64,000 bases of DNA from Ostrea edulis. Taxonomy: Eukaryota. Shown one piece after another: positions 1-13,034 of the stretch. Made by a program: the position numbers and the translations under genes. Under the pieces are notes generated by a model. That model was given only the letters and a program-made list of their open reading frames with translations, was not told the DNA's origin and ran no database searches. The stretch lies in the NCBI RefSeq assembly GCF_947568905.1, contig NC_079170.1, positions 85,126,001-85,190,000 on the forward strand. Direction: 5' to 3'. How positions within the stretch are numbered: the stretch's first letter is position 1; each line of letters starts with the position of its first letter.

Positions 1-3000
1 ATGAGCCTCTGCAATATCCATGAGTCACTTGAGTTCAGGATGAAATATTAACGTTACTTTTATTTAAAGATTCTATCTTGTACTTAAAGTCAGCATTTCG
101 CAAATTCTATGGTTGTCCAATATGAACGGATTTTGGATTTCAGGCGAATTCTCTACACGATTCACAGAATTTGTCTCAAATATATTCATATTAACCATGA
201 ATAGCTCCAAAGTGCTGTTCAATTCTTAAATATACGATAAAATCTTAACGAATATGTCAATCGGGAAAATATATATATCGGTCACACCCGCCGTGAGCTT
301 CATCAGGTAAACGGTGTTATATATATTTGACGAAAGTCTTTCGAAAAGAAATTGAAATGAAATAGCAAAAATCTAGAAAGATTGCGATTTTTTTTTCAAA
401 CTCGAAACATTTAAAGATTAGATGAATTGGTAGAGAAAACTAATTTCTTAATGAAAAGTGCATTAGATTAGCAAGGATATCATTATTTTACTTATTTCTA
501 TCGATTTTGATAGGGGTCGGTTATTTTTTGGTTTTTTGTTTTCTTCTTCTCTGATTTGGTTCAAATCTTGAGAAATAGAAATATTTATGATATTTTGAAA
601 TTTAATTTTCAATTTCTTTTTAAAATATGCTTTTCTGCTATATTTTTCTCCCACTGACTTGCTTCTTGAAGATTTTAGTCGTAGATTTAAAAAAAAAATA
701 TTAGCATAAAGCCGTTGTAATTTTCCTAAATATATTTTATTCAGAATGTTCGAACATGTACGTGAGTGTACTAGGTAGATTTGTTTTAAATATTCATATC
801 ATGCATCAAATCAAAGTAAAGTTTGGTTTTAAAATCTTATTCGCAAAAATACCTTTTTATCATTCCATAAAAATGCATATCTATGAAATCGATCATTGTT
901 ATCTTCGCCTTTTCTAAAATCTTGAAATATTGTATTTTTTTTTTCGAGATTGATGTAAAATCCTTAAACCAAACAATAAATAGACATCCAGTGCAATGAA
1001 CCACCTTCCTATGTTGTAATACCAACCTTTAACCACTGCTAGAAGACACAAGTATGAAATGCAGTTAAGTTTTTCTATTAAGATAATAGACAATACTATT
1101 TCAAGTAACTGCATTATTCTCTCCCGCAGCTTTTTTAATGTAGAGACTGGATGAATTGTTCTAGAAGTATGATAGGAAAAAGGAGAGATAACTGAAGCAT
1201 GTCATTCCACTTTCATGAAGATTCCCTTCTGTTTCCCTACCTACAAAATGTTTTCCTATATAAAGAAAATATGTCAAATATTGTTAGAGCATAGTGTACA
1301 CGGACATTGGTTTTATGCTAAACATAAAATACCGACTCTTATTGGAATCCCCGTGTAATTTCATATAATCAATGTTTATAAAGAAAAGTAATTGTGTGTA
1401 AATACGTCATTGAAATCTTGTTCACACTCAGTTGAAAATGTATAGGTGTAATTTTCCCTCGAAACATGTCGACAAAAGTACATATAAATGTCAACTTATG
1501 GGAAGAGAAATTAAACAATATTAGGGCTATTTTTGCGTATGATGGTTGAAATTGGAATCCAGAGGAAAAACGAATTCTTCGTCTGGACCAGTTATTGAAA
1601 AACTGTTAGAAGATCCGAACGCCATGTCTGTTTGTGTAAGTCATGCGGCATGGACGAATCACACAGACAACTTAGGGTGGAAAGATAATTCTAGTCTACC
1701 GTTCAGAGAAAAAAATAATTGAAACAGAAAAAAAAAGTTGATAAGCAGTTTTGGAATGTGTTGAGTCATGGTGAGGCGTGGGACGATGATGAGTGCATAG
1801 CCAGAAACTCTCTTCGAAAACTGTATGTTTGGCAGTCCCATATCGTTGGATACCCATGGCTGAAATAGTATTTTACTCATCATGATGGGATCCGACGATG
1901 GCTGTCAAATGGATACAAGAAAACTTATACAGTGACTATGATTGTAATAAAGAATATTCTTCCTTAGTTTTCAATACCTCATGTCCTCATTTATACAAAA
2001 TAAATTTATCAATCTTTTACATGTTTGATTCATTAGATTAATTGTCAACATTTAGATAAACCTGCGCAATAAAAATGACAATCCTGAATTTATAAGTCTT
2101 ACGAAAACGAACAGGTAATGCAGGTAACATCCCATATGTTCAGGACGCTATACACAAGGTAGCAAGGTTCCCCCAGGGCTTCACATCTGCCTTGAATTAG
2201 TTCTGTCCCACACTTCACTTACCTGGAAAAACCGACCGTTTGAAAACCTCGGCCTTTAAGTATCTGAAACATTTTATATCACGCCATAAATTTTGACTGA
2301 TTTCTAAAAATAAGTTCAGCATGTATTAATGTATATTATATATGAAGGCTTTGCCACAAATATCCACCCATGGTTATATTAAATTCACTATCATTCCAAA
2401 GTTAGAATATTAAAATTCGTCAACAAACGTTCGCATACAACACCGTTAATTTATCTTTCATTCATGATGGGGCCTATGTCATGAGATTTATTTTCGCAAT
2501 CGACTAAACCCGAATGTAATTTTGTAATTCTTTCTCCGTCAGCATGACCAATGTTATCGTCTACATCATCATTAATTTGCTCTGTCGGGGTTGTGTTTGT
2601 ATTGTATATTCTAACCTTTTGTTAATGCTTTTGGTTTGCTGTTGTTTGTGTGCGTAGAGTTCATTTTTCTTGCCATACATGATCCTATGGAAAGATGAAT
2701 TAAATAAACAACTTACTTTTTTCTCAAAGGTAAGTTATTTCAAAATATAATACCAACTAACACAAAAAAGAAATTTTGAAAGCAGTTTTGATATTACTTT
2801 AAAATTTAGAACATGTAAACTTTGCCATTTACCAGTTGATGTATCTTTACAATTCACTTGTAAATTCACATTTTCTGAAACTCTAAATAAAACAAATCGT
2901 CGTATGCTAGGAAGCTTGTTGATTTCGTGGGTAATTAACATGAGCCTCAAATGATAATGTTTTACTGTCATAGACTGGTGTAACTTAAACCGTATTTCCA

Positions 3001-3280
3001 CATTTCTATGGGTGGGGTTCTGCCCATTAATAAATTTGCATTATCATTTGACGTTAAGGGGCTCCACACGGGGCCCTGCTCATGGAAACATTAATTTTAA
3101 CCTAAATTAATCATTCACGTGCAAATCAAATAGCTAGATAACGTATGGTTAATTGTAAATCCCTGTTAAGTGGGAGCGGTTTGACAAGAGATGTATGGAA
3201 TAGCAAAAATGTTCATGTTCATTCCCATCCTATGTAATCAACGATTCCAGTTTCTCTTTTGAATAGTGCAATCAACAACT

Positions 3281-3390
3281 ACGTCATATTCCTGTTAACA
3301 TCTGATCTTTTGTTAATGTGCAAATCATTTCGAAATTAAAGCATTTTTTTTTTAAAAAGGACAAATCCGGTTTGGGCAGTATATATATTG
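3281..3390 (+). promoter_or_regulatory. Proximal promoter module of TIMP A1, conserved in A2 (14334-14434) and A3 (23031-23134)
   Basis: The ordered motifs ACGTCA, TTCCTGTT, (A/G)TGCAAAT and TATATATA recur at the same spacing upstream of all three A start codons. Confidence 0.6.
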
Positions 3391-3437
3391 GAGTTTTATG
3401 CGGAGCACACATATCGTGTCTATTGTTACAACAAACC

Positions 3438-5861
3438 ATGACAAACCTGGTGATTTTCTGTGTAGCTTTTGTCGCATTTCTGACTTATTCTGAAGCCTGT
3501 ACATGTCTGTCTCAACACCCACAAACCCAATTCTGTAACTCGCAGTTCGGTATGTTACTTTCATTTTCAGTTCTAATAATCATTAACACCGGCTATTCCT
3601 ACCAGTCCTCGTGGGAACGTTTGAAGCAATATTATGATAAGTCCTTTTATATGCACTTGCCACTTTGTTTCCTGCACCTTTAGCTTGTTGTTCGGTTGTT
3701 TAAAAATGTCGGCAAATTTCTAATTGTTAAAGCAGAGTAATGTAGTAGTTTGCCATAACTCCCTTGTGATTTTCGATAATTATTGTAGAACTAACTTTTA
3801 CAAAGCCAAGTCATCCATCACACACTGATATTTGATTTCAGATGCAATCCACACATCTTTAATATCTAACGTTTGTTTCAATTTCTTCCACCAGTGGTTA
3901 AAGCTAAAGTCATTCGTCGGGAAACTGTTAACCGAGGACGAGAAGTTGTTTATAGTGTGAGGATTCTGAAGGATTTCAAGGTAAAATTTTCATCATTAAC
4001 ATTTGATGATAATTCAAGTTTTCAGACATGTTGCGCCCGTAGTTTTGTAAATGAAATATCAGTTACATAATGCAAACAGATACAAATGTTTTGTAATCAA
4101 CAACAGAGGAAAAACACCTGAAAATTACGTTAAGAATCAAACAAAATTCTAATTATTTCTTGAGAAGCTGTATTTGAATTTTACTTTTAGTGTATTGAAA
4201 ATGTGACTAAAACTTGATAATTAATTTAATGATATCTAATTTTCTTAAACTGATAATTTCTTGAATTGTATCATAAATAATTGATTTGTTTCACTATGGG
4301 GTTTAATCCATGTTTTTTTTTGGGGGGGGGGTTGTGTCAGTTCAAATTATTTTAAGCACTAACGTGTGGGTGGTGTCTGCTTTAGGCATATCATGTAGTG
4401 TGTAAACTAAGATGCATTGTTTCTCCCAAATACATATCATTATTAATATATTTGTCTTCTCTCTTTTAATACATTAACATCTGAAAATATTGTTTATATC
4501 TCTTAATATACGTGAACTTTGTTTTTATCTAACATTAGACTTTTACTGACAATGCGTGCTCTGCGGAGATTGTAAATCTTTTGAAATTTTGATTACTTTG
4601 AGGTTCAACAAATGTATGCAATTTGTTTCTACGTTTCAGGGTGACGGAACACGCTATTCCAATACACAGAAAATATATACCAGCACTTCATCTGCTAGTT
4701 GTGGATCATATTTCGAATTACAAAAAGAATACATCATATCTGGTAAATTGAATTTCATGCTTAAACCTTTCAAATGTTATATTTATCACATAGATTGAAG
4801 TCAGCATTTCGCAAATTCTATGGTCGTTATAACGATCTAGTTTGTCAATACAACCTATCATTGGGTCAAATGCCGTCTGACGTGTTTCATACCGATTGTT
4901 AGAGCGTTCTTGACACACTGATTTTGACTACGGATAACTCCGTTTACCTGGTCAGGATATAGGATTCACGGCGGGTGTGACCGGTCGACAGGGAATGCTT
5001 ACTCCTCCTAGGCACCCGATCCCACCTCTGGTATATCCAAGGGTCCGTGATTGTCCAACTATCTGTTTTGTATTGCTTGTAGGAGTTATGAGATTGATCA
5101 CTGTTCGTTATTCACCTTTCATGTTTTCAGGTTCTATTAATGGACAAAAATGGAATACAGGCCTTTGTTCCTGGAATACAAGGACATCTTTTCTCACCCA
5201 ATACCAAAGAATTGCTTTGGATCTTGATATCTATAAGAATAGTTGCAACTGCAAGGCAAGTTATTTTCTGACTGATAGTCAGGTTTTGAATCGAGGGAAT
5301 TGATACTATTTCGATAAATGTTTCAACATCACCACTAGATAATATTTATAGTACCAACGTATGAGTACAGAACATCTATGCTTACTGCTGTGGAATCAAA
5401 CAGAAGTAAACGTAGAATGTGAATGTAAAGGATACATTTCACCTCCCCCCCCTCCCCAAATTAATGTGAGCTGCAACGTTTTACATCGATATACTTTTCA
5501 AGAAATATTAAGGCGTTTCATGAAAATATTCCGGCATAAAGTGTCGCTGTTTGTTCTTTACATAATTTCTAAAAATCTGATTAATTTTTCAACATTAAGA
5601 TTTAACTTTATTAAGAATTTCTTACGTAAGGATATTCTGGAATTATGTTGAAGTATAATGTCACTGTTAAATTGTGAAATATTTCCATGTGTTCTTCTTC
5701 TACAGATTGTAGAATGTGGTTTTGGCGGAAGTCAATGTCCACAAGCAACGGGAGTGTCGTGCGTGATTCCATCCAGATCTGACGTGAACTGTTGGTATCA
5801 GAATAATTCTTGCAACCTCTCTCCATATGGATGTGCCTGGCATTCCCCTGCATGCGCTTAA
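3438..5861 (+). CDS. timp: TIMP paralog A1 (193 aa, 5 coding exons)
   Basis: Exons 3438-3549, 3895-3980, 4640-4742, 5131-5255, 5706-5861 join in frame (phases 1,0,1,0; 582 nt). Signal peptide MTNLVIFCVAFVAFLTYSEA is followed by CTC..HPQ..FCNS.FVVKAK, IYT...SCG, LCSW and SCNCK, then a Cys-rich C-domain (14 Cys in the mature protein). Intron 4 donor is GC (aag|gcaagt). Confidence 0.93.
4793..5122 (+). mobile_element. PLE family copy in TIMP A1 intron 3
   Basis: Matches the 3' 330 nt of the family and ends 8 nt before exon 4. Confidence 0.85.
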
Positions 5862-6385
5862 CCTGCACAAACTAGACACATACTTCAACAGTGAAGGGGA
5901 GCGAAGAACATTCGTCTGCAATTTGAACTAATTCAAAAAACCTTCAAGGAATGTCTAGAAATCCGTTATGTATAATAGATATTGTAGATATTGAGCTATT
6001 TATCTTTGTTTGATTTCACTTTAGTTTGTACAATGGACGCTGATGATATGATATGGTTATTATATATACACTCCTTGTATCGAGTTACTTTTTGTCGTAA
6101 AATAATTTATGATGATATAAACTACTGGATATCTCATTTTTGATTATGGAAACAAACATATTTATAAAAAACCAACGCCCATATCCGATTCTTCCAAATG
6201 TATCGATGTATCCTAATTTTGCACTTCACACGCTCAAGTTTTGCAACGCATTTAATCGCAACAACTCTACATCAAGATTTCTAAATTATTTCTAGACTTT
6301 ACATATGACAGATAAAACATTGTCATATATTTATCACGAAACAATGTCATGACTGTAGGAAAGCAATATCATCATCATAAATGGT

Positions 6386-6715
6386 GATTGATTGATTGAT
6401 TGCATCTTGCTTAACGTTTCGCTCGAGAATTTTTCACTCATATGGATACGTCACCAAGACCGGTGAGGGGCTTCAAATTTAGGCTTATGCTCAGCGCTTA
6501 CGGTCATTGAGCAGTGAGGGTTCATTAGCGTGCCACACCTATTGTGACACGGGACATCAGTTTTCAAGGTCATCTCCTAGACCCGTGACATTCACGCCTG
6601 ATGTCGAGCGTTTGGCCAAGGAATTGTCACTACCTGTTTTAACGACTAGGGTCTGTTGCGGCCGGGGTTCGAACACCACCCTTCCGAATGCGGGGCGAAC
6701 GCTCTAACCTCTAGG
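6386..6715 (-). mobile_element. tRNA-derived SINE (family 1)
   Basis: On the - strand: tRNA-like head (GGTTAGAGCG..GTTCGAACCCCGG), conserved core and (CAAT)n tail. Related copies at ~12465-12800(+), ~22321-22570(-), ~31100-31630(+), ~53180-53335(-). Confidence 0.75.
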
Positions 6716-7018
6716 ACAGCGCATCTGTCAGCATTTAATTGAAATTCCTTAATGATATGTGAGTAATAACAGAAATTATTAAGAAATTACAAACTATGAT
6801 TATTTTGCAAGTTGTTTTACACTAATTCTAGGAAGTCTAAGCTAATGCGATTATTGAAATGAATAGAATCCATTCAAACTCCCCATCCTCAGGTAAGTAT
6901 ATGGTTGTATGTCACATACACTAGGTAGGTATGACTACGGGTTCACACTATAACACGGCATTACCCACTGCGAAGGGAAACAAAGTATGTCAACAAAATG
7001 ACCTCGGAGGTAGACATA

Positions 7019-7800
7019 CGAGGGTTGTCCGTAATGGACATACGGCGTTTCTTAGTTTTCTAACGTCATTGAAAAATTAAATTTTACAACATGAGGAGAA
7101 AACAGTTATCAATAAAAAGATGTAGAAAGTTTCAATATGAATTGACATTAAATAGGAATAGTTTAGGCTTTCCATTATAAAGAAGCATAAAGCGGCGCAA
7201 TAAATGAAATAGCTAATTAAACTAATTGAAACGGGAGTACAATTGCAGAAACAAAAACATTGTTTATTTCATGTCTGTTAGTATATCTTTGTAGGAGTTT
7301 TCTTTAGATATCCTTTTATATACACAGACAATTCTAATATTTATGTAAATTATGACATCATGCGATAGTTAGGAGGTGCAAATTTCCAGCGAAATGACGA
7401 CGTCAGCGTCAGAGCTTCTTTTGCACTTGACTCGGCTTGACTCTAACGGAGACTCACAAGAAGTTAGAATTTACAGAATCATACAGAAATGTTTCTCTTT
7501 CCCTGGTGTTCAAATAGCACAAGTTATTTTATGAAAGGTGTGTGGAAGGTACTCCAGAAGAGAGAGGTTGGCCTAAGGAAGCCGGCGAAAAAACTGTAAA
7601 ATAACTAGTTGACACTATTTAGGAAATCAGATTTCCGACCATACACGAGATTGAAGAATTTTTTAGCGATCAATAAATCATCTGTTCATCACATTTTATC
7701 GGATGATTTAGGAATACAAAGGGTATGTGCATGTTGGGTAACCCGGTTTTTAGAAAACGACGAAAAACAAAGACGTATTCACGTTCGGAGGCAAAACGTA
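7019..7800 (+). mobile_element. Mariner-type transposon remnant
   Basis: Begins TA|CGAGGGTTGTCC. A stop-interrupted frame gives TIHEIEEFLAINKSSVHHILSDDLGIQRVCACWVTRFL, resembling the mariner HTH/WVPxxL region. No right TIR found. Confidence 0.6.
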
Positions 7801-8155
7801 CATGCAAATTGATTTTCTCAACAACAAAGAAACTTAATGAAGTTCAAAGTTGATTTTTTGAGAAATTAACAACAATAGTATAATTAGTCGTATTTGGCAC
7901 ATTTTAGGGGATTATATTGGTTCTTGTAAAGCTAAAAGCCCAGTTCACGGACGTTTGCGACAAGCCTTGTACAAATGATAAAAGGAGACCATATTAGTAT
8001 GAGAATAAGATGATTCTCTACACAATATCGTTTAACACTGATGTCGAAATGTTCCTAGTTTATTAAATAAACAATGATTTAAATGTTTCAAGTGAAACAA
8101 TGGAGAAACTGCACGGACCGATACAGTTTTCTAAAATTGACGACAGAACAGAACG

Positions 8156-8388
8156 GTGTTTCATACTGATTGTTAGACCGCTCTTGACACACTGATTTGA
8201 GTACGGATAACTCAGTTTACCTGATCAAGGTATAGGACTCACGGCAGGTGCGACCGATCGAATTACTCTTCCTAGGCACCTGATCCCACCTCTATTTTGG
8301 CTAGGGGTCCCTGTTTGCCCAACCAGATATTGTGTATTGCTTATAGAAATTATGAGTTTGATCACTGTACATTATCTTCGCCTTTCAC
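8156..8388 (+). mobile_element. PLE family copy (diverged)
   Basis: Matches the family 3' UTR. Further copies or fragments at ~88-118, ~278-318, 9351-9387(-), ~14085-14240, ~21575-21702, ~23815-23900, 26267-26420, 27509-27788(-), 28209-28340(-), 35700-35786(-), ~38000-38172(-), 42320-42348, ~49350-49470(-), 53746-54128. Confidence 0.8.
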
Positions 8389-8978
8389 GGGGATAGGACA
8401 ACGATAACATTAATGGATGTTTAATTTCACATCACGTTATGAACGAATCACTGAAAAATTCCAAGGGCACATTTTCCGCTAGATGATTTTGGTGCCAAGT
8501 GAATAATAGCAGCCAATGAAACGTCATCGTATGACGTGGTGTACTTCATTTAAACCATTTGATTTTGTGTACACCCCTTGTCGCTTTTTAAGAGATGAAG
8601 ATGAATGTATTGATTTTAATGCTTTTAAGATATTGCTTCTGAGTTTTCTTAGATTATTATTTGTATGGAAAACACTGTAGCTCGCCGTTGCTGTGCTATT
8701 CATGTAATCGGAAAATTTACTTTTTCACAATTATACATGTAAGGCTTCCTTCTCCACTTTATACAAAAGTAACCAAGAAGAATTAATGCATCACGTGTCA
8801 CGCATTTTTTATGAAAGACCAGGATTGTTCTATAATTATTTCCGTGGAGTATTGACTGTCACAGTGCATATCTCTCGTGCATCGGCTTTTACAGCCATTC
8901 CGATAAAACGCAACATTCTTTATTTCAAAATTTCACTGGATACATGTACCAATACTTCTCACAATTATACCATATATA

Positions 8979-9826
8979 CCGTATATATTCGCCTATAAGT
9001 TGTTCCTCCTATAAGTCGGTTGTATTTTTAAGGTTACTTTGTAGGAATTTGACATTGACCCGTTTGTAAGTCGGTACAAATTTTTGTCAGAATCGGTTGA
9101 CATTTCAAGTCAATGCTCTAATGTTTTACCTAAGTTTCAAAAAATATTTTGAGAAATTAATAATAATTATGAGGTGCTCAATATCCAAGCGATATCTGTT
9201 TTGGGTTTAAACGCAACACTTGATTTATTATTGGCAATGATCACTTGTTTACGTAAGCAATTATGGTCTCCTAATCATCAGTACCTGACACCGTGACACG
9301 GGCCTCGTGAAAACTGTTATTGTGGGATTCTGGTATAATTCATTGTATCATGAAAAGTGAAGATAACGAACAGTGATCAATCTCATCAATTGAGTTGTTA
9401 AGAGTCAAGAATGATAATCTAAATTATCTGATAACAATATTCAATCTTTTATGAAATATATTTCAATCTTAAATTGGGTTCGCAATTCAATTTCACCGGT
9501 AAACGATAGATTAGTAAATTAAATAAAAGAATTAGTTACCGGTATGTAAATAATTTTCAAAATCAATGATATACACTTAACTATATAAAATATGAAAATA
9601 TGTAAATACTTGTACTTTATACATAATTTTAAAATGCATAAACAATACGATATGTCTAGATATTTGTGAACAATAAGCGTTTGTATGGTAGTCAATGATA
9701 ATCGTCGGAGTTGTTTGGAAACACTACATTAGCCTATCTTCTTAGGACACGCCTATAAATCAGACATAAGAGTTTTGGACAAAAAATTGACTCCCAGAAA
9801 TCCGACTTATAGGCGAGTATATACGT
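8979..9826. mobile_element. Non-autonomous TcMar (Tc2-like) MITE
   Basis: TIRs CCGTATATATTCGCCTATAAGT and ACTTATAGGCGAGTATATACGT, TA on both sides, subterminal TAAGTCGG repeats, no ORF. Contains a nested PLE tip. Confidence 0.75.
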
Positions 9827-9906
9827 TATTCATGTCCAGTGCATATATTAGTGATTCTCTATATCTGTAGAATACACATGAATGTATGTACGTTTTGACC
9901 TTTGTA

Positions 9907-11183
9907 TACTAGCGGAAAAAAGAAACTCTTCATTATATAGTATATGAAAAAATAAATTTAAAAAATAACAATGAAGAAATTCTATTTTTGTAATACTGTT
10001 AACAAATGTATTCGTTACATCATTTCATAATCCATTAATGTTAACGTCGAATAATATTTATTTCAGCACACTCGAAAGACACTGGTATTCGAACTTGAAT
10101 TAACAAAGTTAATAACGCATGTGACCACCATTTGCATTCACGTATGCTTGACGCCTCATTGATGCCACTAAAGTGTTCGGAAATGCTTGAGGGATGTTGT
10201 TCCAGATGTTGGTTAAAGCCTGGCCTAAATCAGCCAATGTCACTGACTGATTTGGTACACGGTGTAGACGTCGTTCCATTTTACCCCAGACGTGCTCGAT
10301 CGACGAAAATCGAGGGAAACAGCTGGCCAAGGCAAGACATCGACATTCTGTTGAACAAAAAAGTCCCTGACAACACGTGTATCAAGTGACCTTGCTTTGT
10401 CTTGCTGCAGAGTGATGTGGTTTTGCTGTCTCCTTATGAAGGGTATCACATGACGCTGAATAATTTCGTCTCGATAGCGTACGCTGGTGATATTTCCATT
10501 GACAATTTGTAGAGGGGTCCCTCCACGTGCTGTTATTCCACCACACACCATAACACTACATCCACCGAATTGTCGACGTTGCACAACACAAGCGTCCTGC
10601 TGGACGGCTTGGTCTGATGTTGTCCTCGCGCAGACGAAGTCCAGGAATGCTACGAGCAGTCAAATTTGCTGTCTGGAAACGATTTTTCAGGTGCACAAGT
10701 TTAATATGGTTGTCCCGTCGACGTGACGTCACACGAGGACGCCCGGAACGTAGTTGATCCCGAGTGTTACCAGATTGTTGGAAACATCTCCATAATAACT
10801 AGATGGTGTTCCGATGAACTCCAAAGTGTCCTGCTACGATACTTTATGCCATTCCAGCTTGAAACACCGCAACAGCACGATTATGTTGGTTTTCGCTGAG
10901 TCGTTCCATGACAGAAGGGTATATTTTGTCAATACTAAATTGCTTTCCTTAACAAATAGTGTCCAAACAAAACTTTTACCCATCTTACTCCAAACAGTAT
11001 TGGCCAGTAAAACTCGTGCGTACAAACACTTCAATAAATAACACGTGTTCACTAACCATGCATCTGAGTCGGGTACTATCTGATATTGTTCAAACCCATC
11101 GCCTCTATCGTTTGTTTAGATTTTATAAATATAGAAAAATTATACTAAAGTTTATAATGCACCGCTTCTTTTTTCCGCTAGTA
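9907..11183 (-). mobile_element. Tc1-family DNA transposon, degenerate with internal deletion
   Basis: Perfect 20-bp inverted repeats including the TA (9905-9924 and 11166-11185). Broken transposase at 10109-10909(-): MERLSENQ..., RSGRPRVT, GGCSVMVCGGI, QQDKAR, LPWPA, IEHVW. Confidence 0.88.
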
Positions 11184-13034
11184 TACATATAGAGAGGATG
11201 TGGTGTATGATGTTTTAGGGTTGGTGGAACACAAATTATATTTGAACTTTACAATTGTATTTTGAATGATGTTCATGTATATATTATCGTCATATTCATA
11301 TTTCGATATTAAAAAATAATAAAATTAATTGTCGAAATATTTCAAACATTCTAAAGGTTAATAATTAAGTCTTTGATGCAAATTAAACATGTATCATTAT
11401 TGTTTTATTATGTTACTGAAGCTAACTTACAACAGTGTTTCTTTCTTATCTTATTCATCACATATAAGAAAGGAATGTACACTACACCTCTGTATTTTGA
11501 CACGAATGGCGGTGAAGCACCTAGATTTTCCAGGTTTGTTTCCTTTCAACTCAACAGTGACGGATCCAGGATTTGTTAGAAGGGGTTTAATTGTTTAGGA
11601 GTCTGGGATTTCCAGCATTTTAGGGCGTTATACTACATATTTGGGGTTATTCTAGCTATAATTTATACATACATGTAATAAAATAGATAATTAACAGTGG
11701 AGCTTTAAATCCGGCACTGGGCCCTGTTTTACAAAAGAACTTACGACTAAAACAAACAATATTTCATTATTCTAAAACCTTGCCAACCTAATTAATTTTA
11801 AATCACAATTTAATCAAATTAAAGAATGAAATATTTTGCAAACGAAGATTTTTGTCTTAGTTCTTTTGTAAAAAGTAGCCCTGGACAACAGATGAAGCGC
11901 TCCCTCATATTATGGCTATATCAATCCCATCTCTGTTATATTTCTGGAAGTATCTTTAATTTTATTTTCATTCGCAACCTTATTTATGGATATTCCCTAA
12001 GCAGTTGCTCTGCAATATCACTGTTATCTGTTGATGGTTTAGAATAATTTGCCAGCGTTCCGTGAATCTTCATATTCGATGTTTGATGTATCTGCTATAG
12101 TGCGTTCCTACTTCTTAACTCAATGAAGTTAAGCAACGCATTAGATTCTATTAATGCTTAACGTGGCTCTATGAATTTACTGTTCAAACAAATACCTTCT
12201 TGCATATGATGTTCAGGGTAAATATTAACTACCAAACATTCTGAATTTCAAAAAGTATATTCCATTTATAATACGAGCCACTTCATTTCATAGGAGAAAT
12301 TTAAGCAAGCATATCATAACATCTTGTAAATGAAAATGATATTTGTTTAGCAAATAACGATAGACTACGCATACTAGTATACAAAACATGAGAAAGTATA
12401 GATAGCAAAAAACTGTAAAAACAAGGATATATTGGCATCATCTCTTGTTCATCATAGATAGCCTGGCTCTCCTCCCTTCCAATACGATCAGTAGCAGAGA
12501 GTTCGCTTCGTAAACGCCAGGTCGTAACTGCAATCCCGGTCGTGTCATGGTCGTGTCAAACCTAAAAAGTTAGCATAAGTAGTTATTGCTTCTTCGCCAA
12601 CTGCTCGGTATTTAGAATTGACAATCATGGTTCTTTCGAATATGACATTACAACCGGAGGTCCCATGCTGTGACAGGCGTTGACATGTTAAAGAATCATC
12701 ACTGCTACGGCCCTGAGCATAGTTCTAAATGTGTGGTACTCAAGTAAAGCTGGTGGCGTCGCAATATGAGTAATAGAATCTCAGCGGGACTTAGAAAATG
12801 AGTTGTCAATTGATCAAACAATCCTTAAAACATTTTAAAACTAAATAAAAATTAAAAAGGGCAATAAAGGAATTATCTGAATGCATTTGACAGCGAAAAA
12901 CAAACCATATTCCAACAAAGAACTTGATCCTTACACCCCTTACCGATAATAAGATTCCACCGAGAACAAACCGACTAGAGTTCTTATTTGATGTTCAATA
13001 GCAGTCTTTAAACCCAATGCAACATGTCTGCAAC

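Noticed and set aside
10132-11192. + strand ORFs over the Tc1 element
   Set aside because: They are antisense shadows of the transposase.
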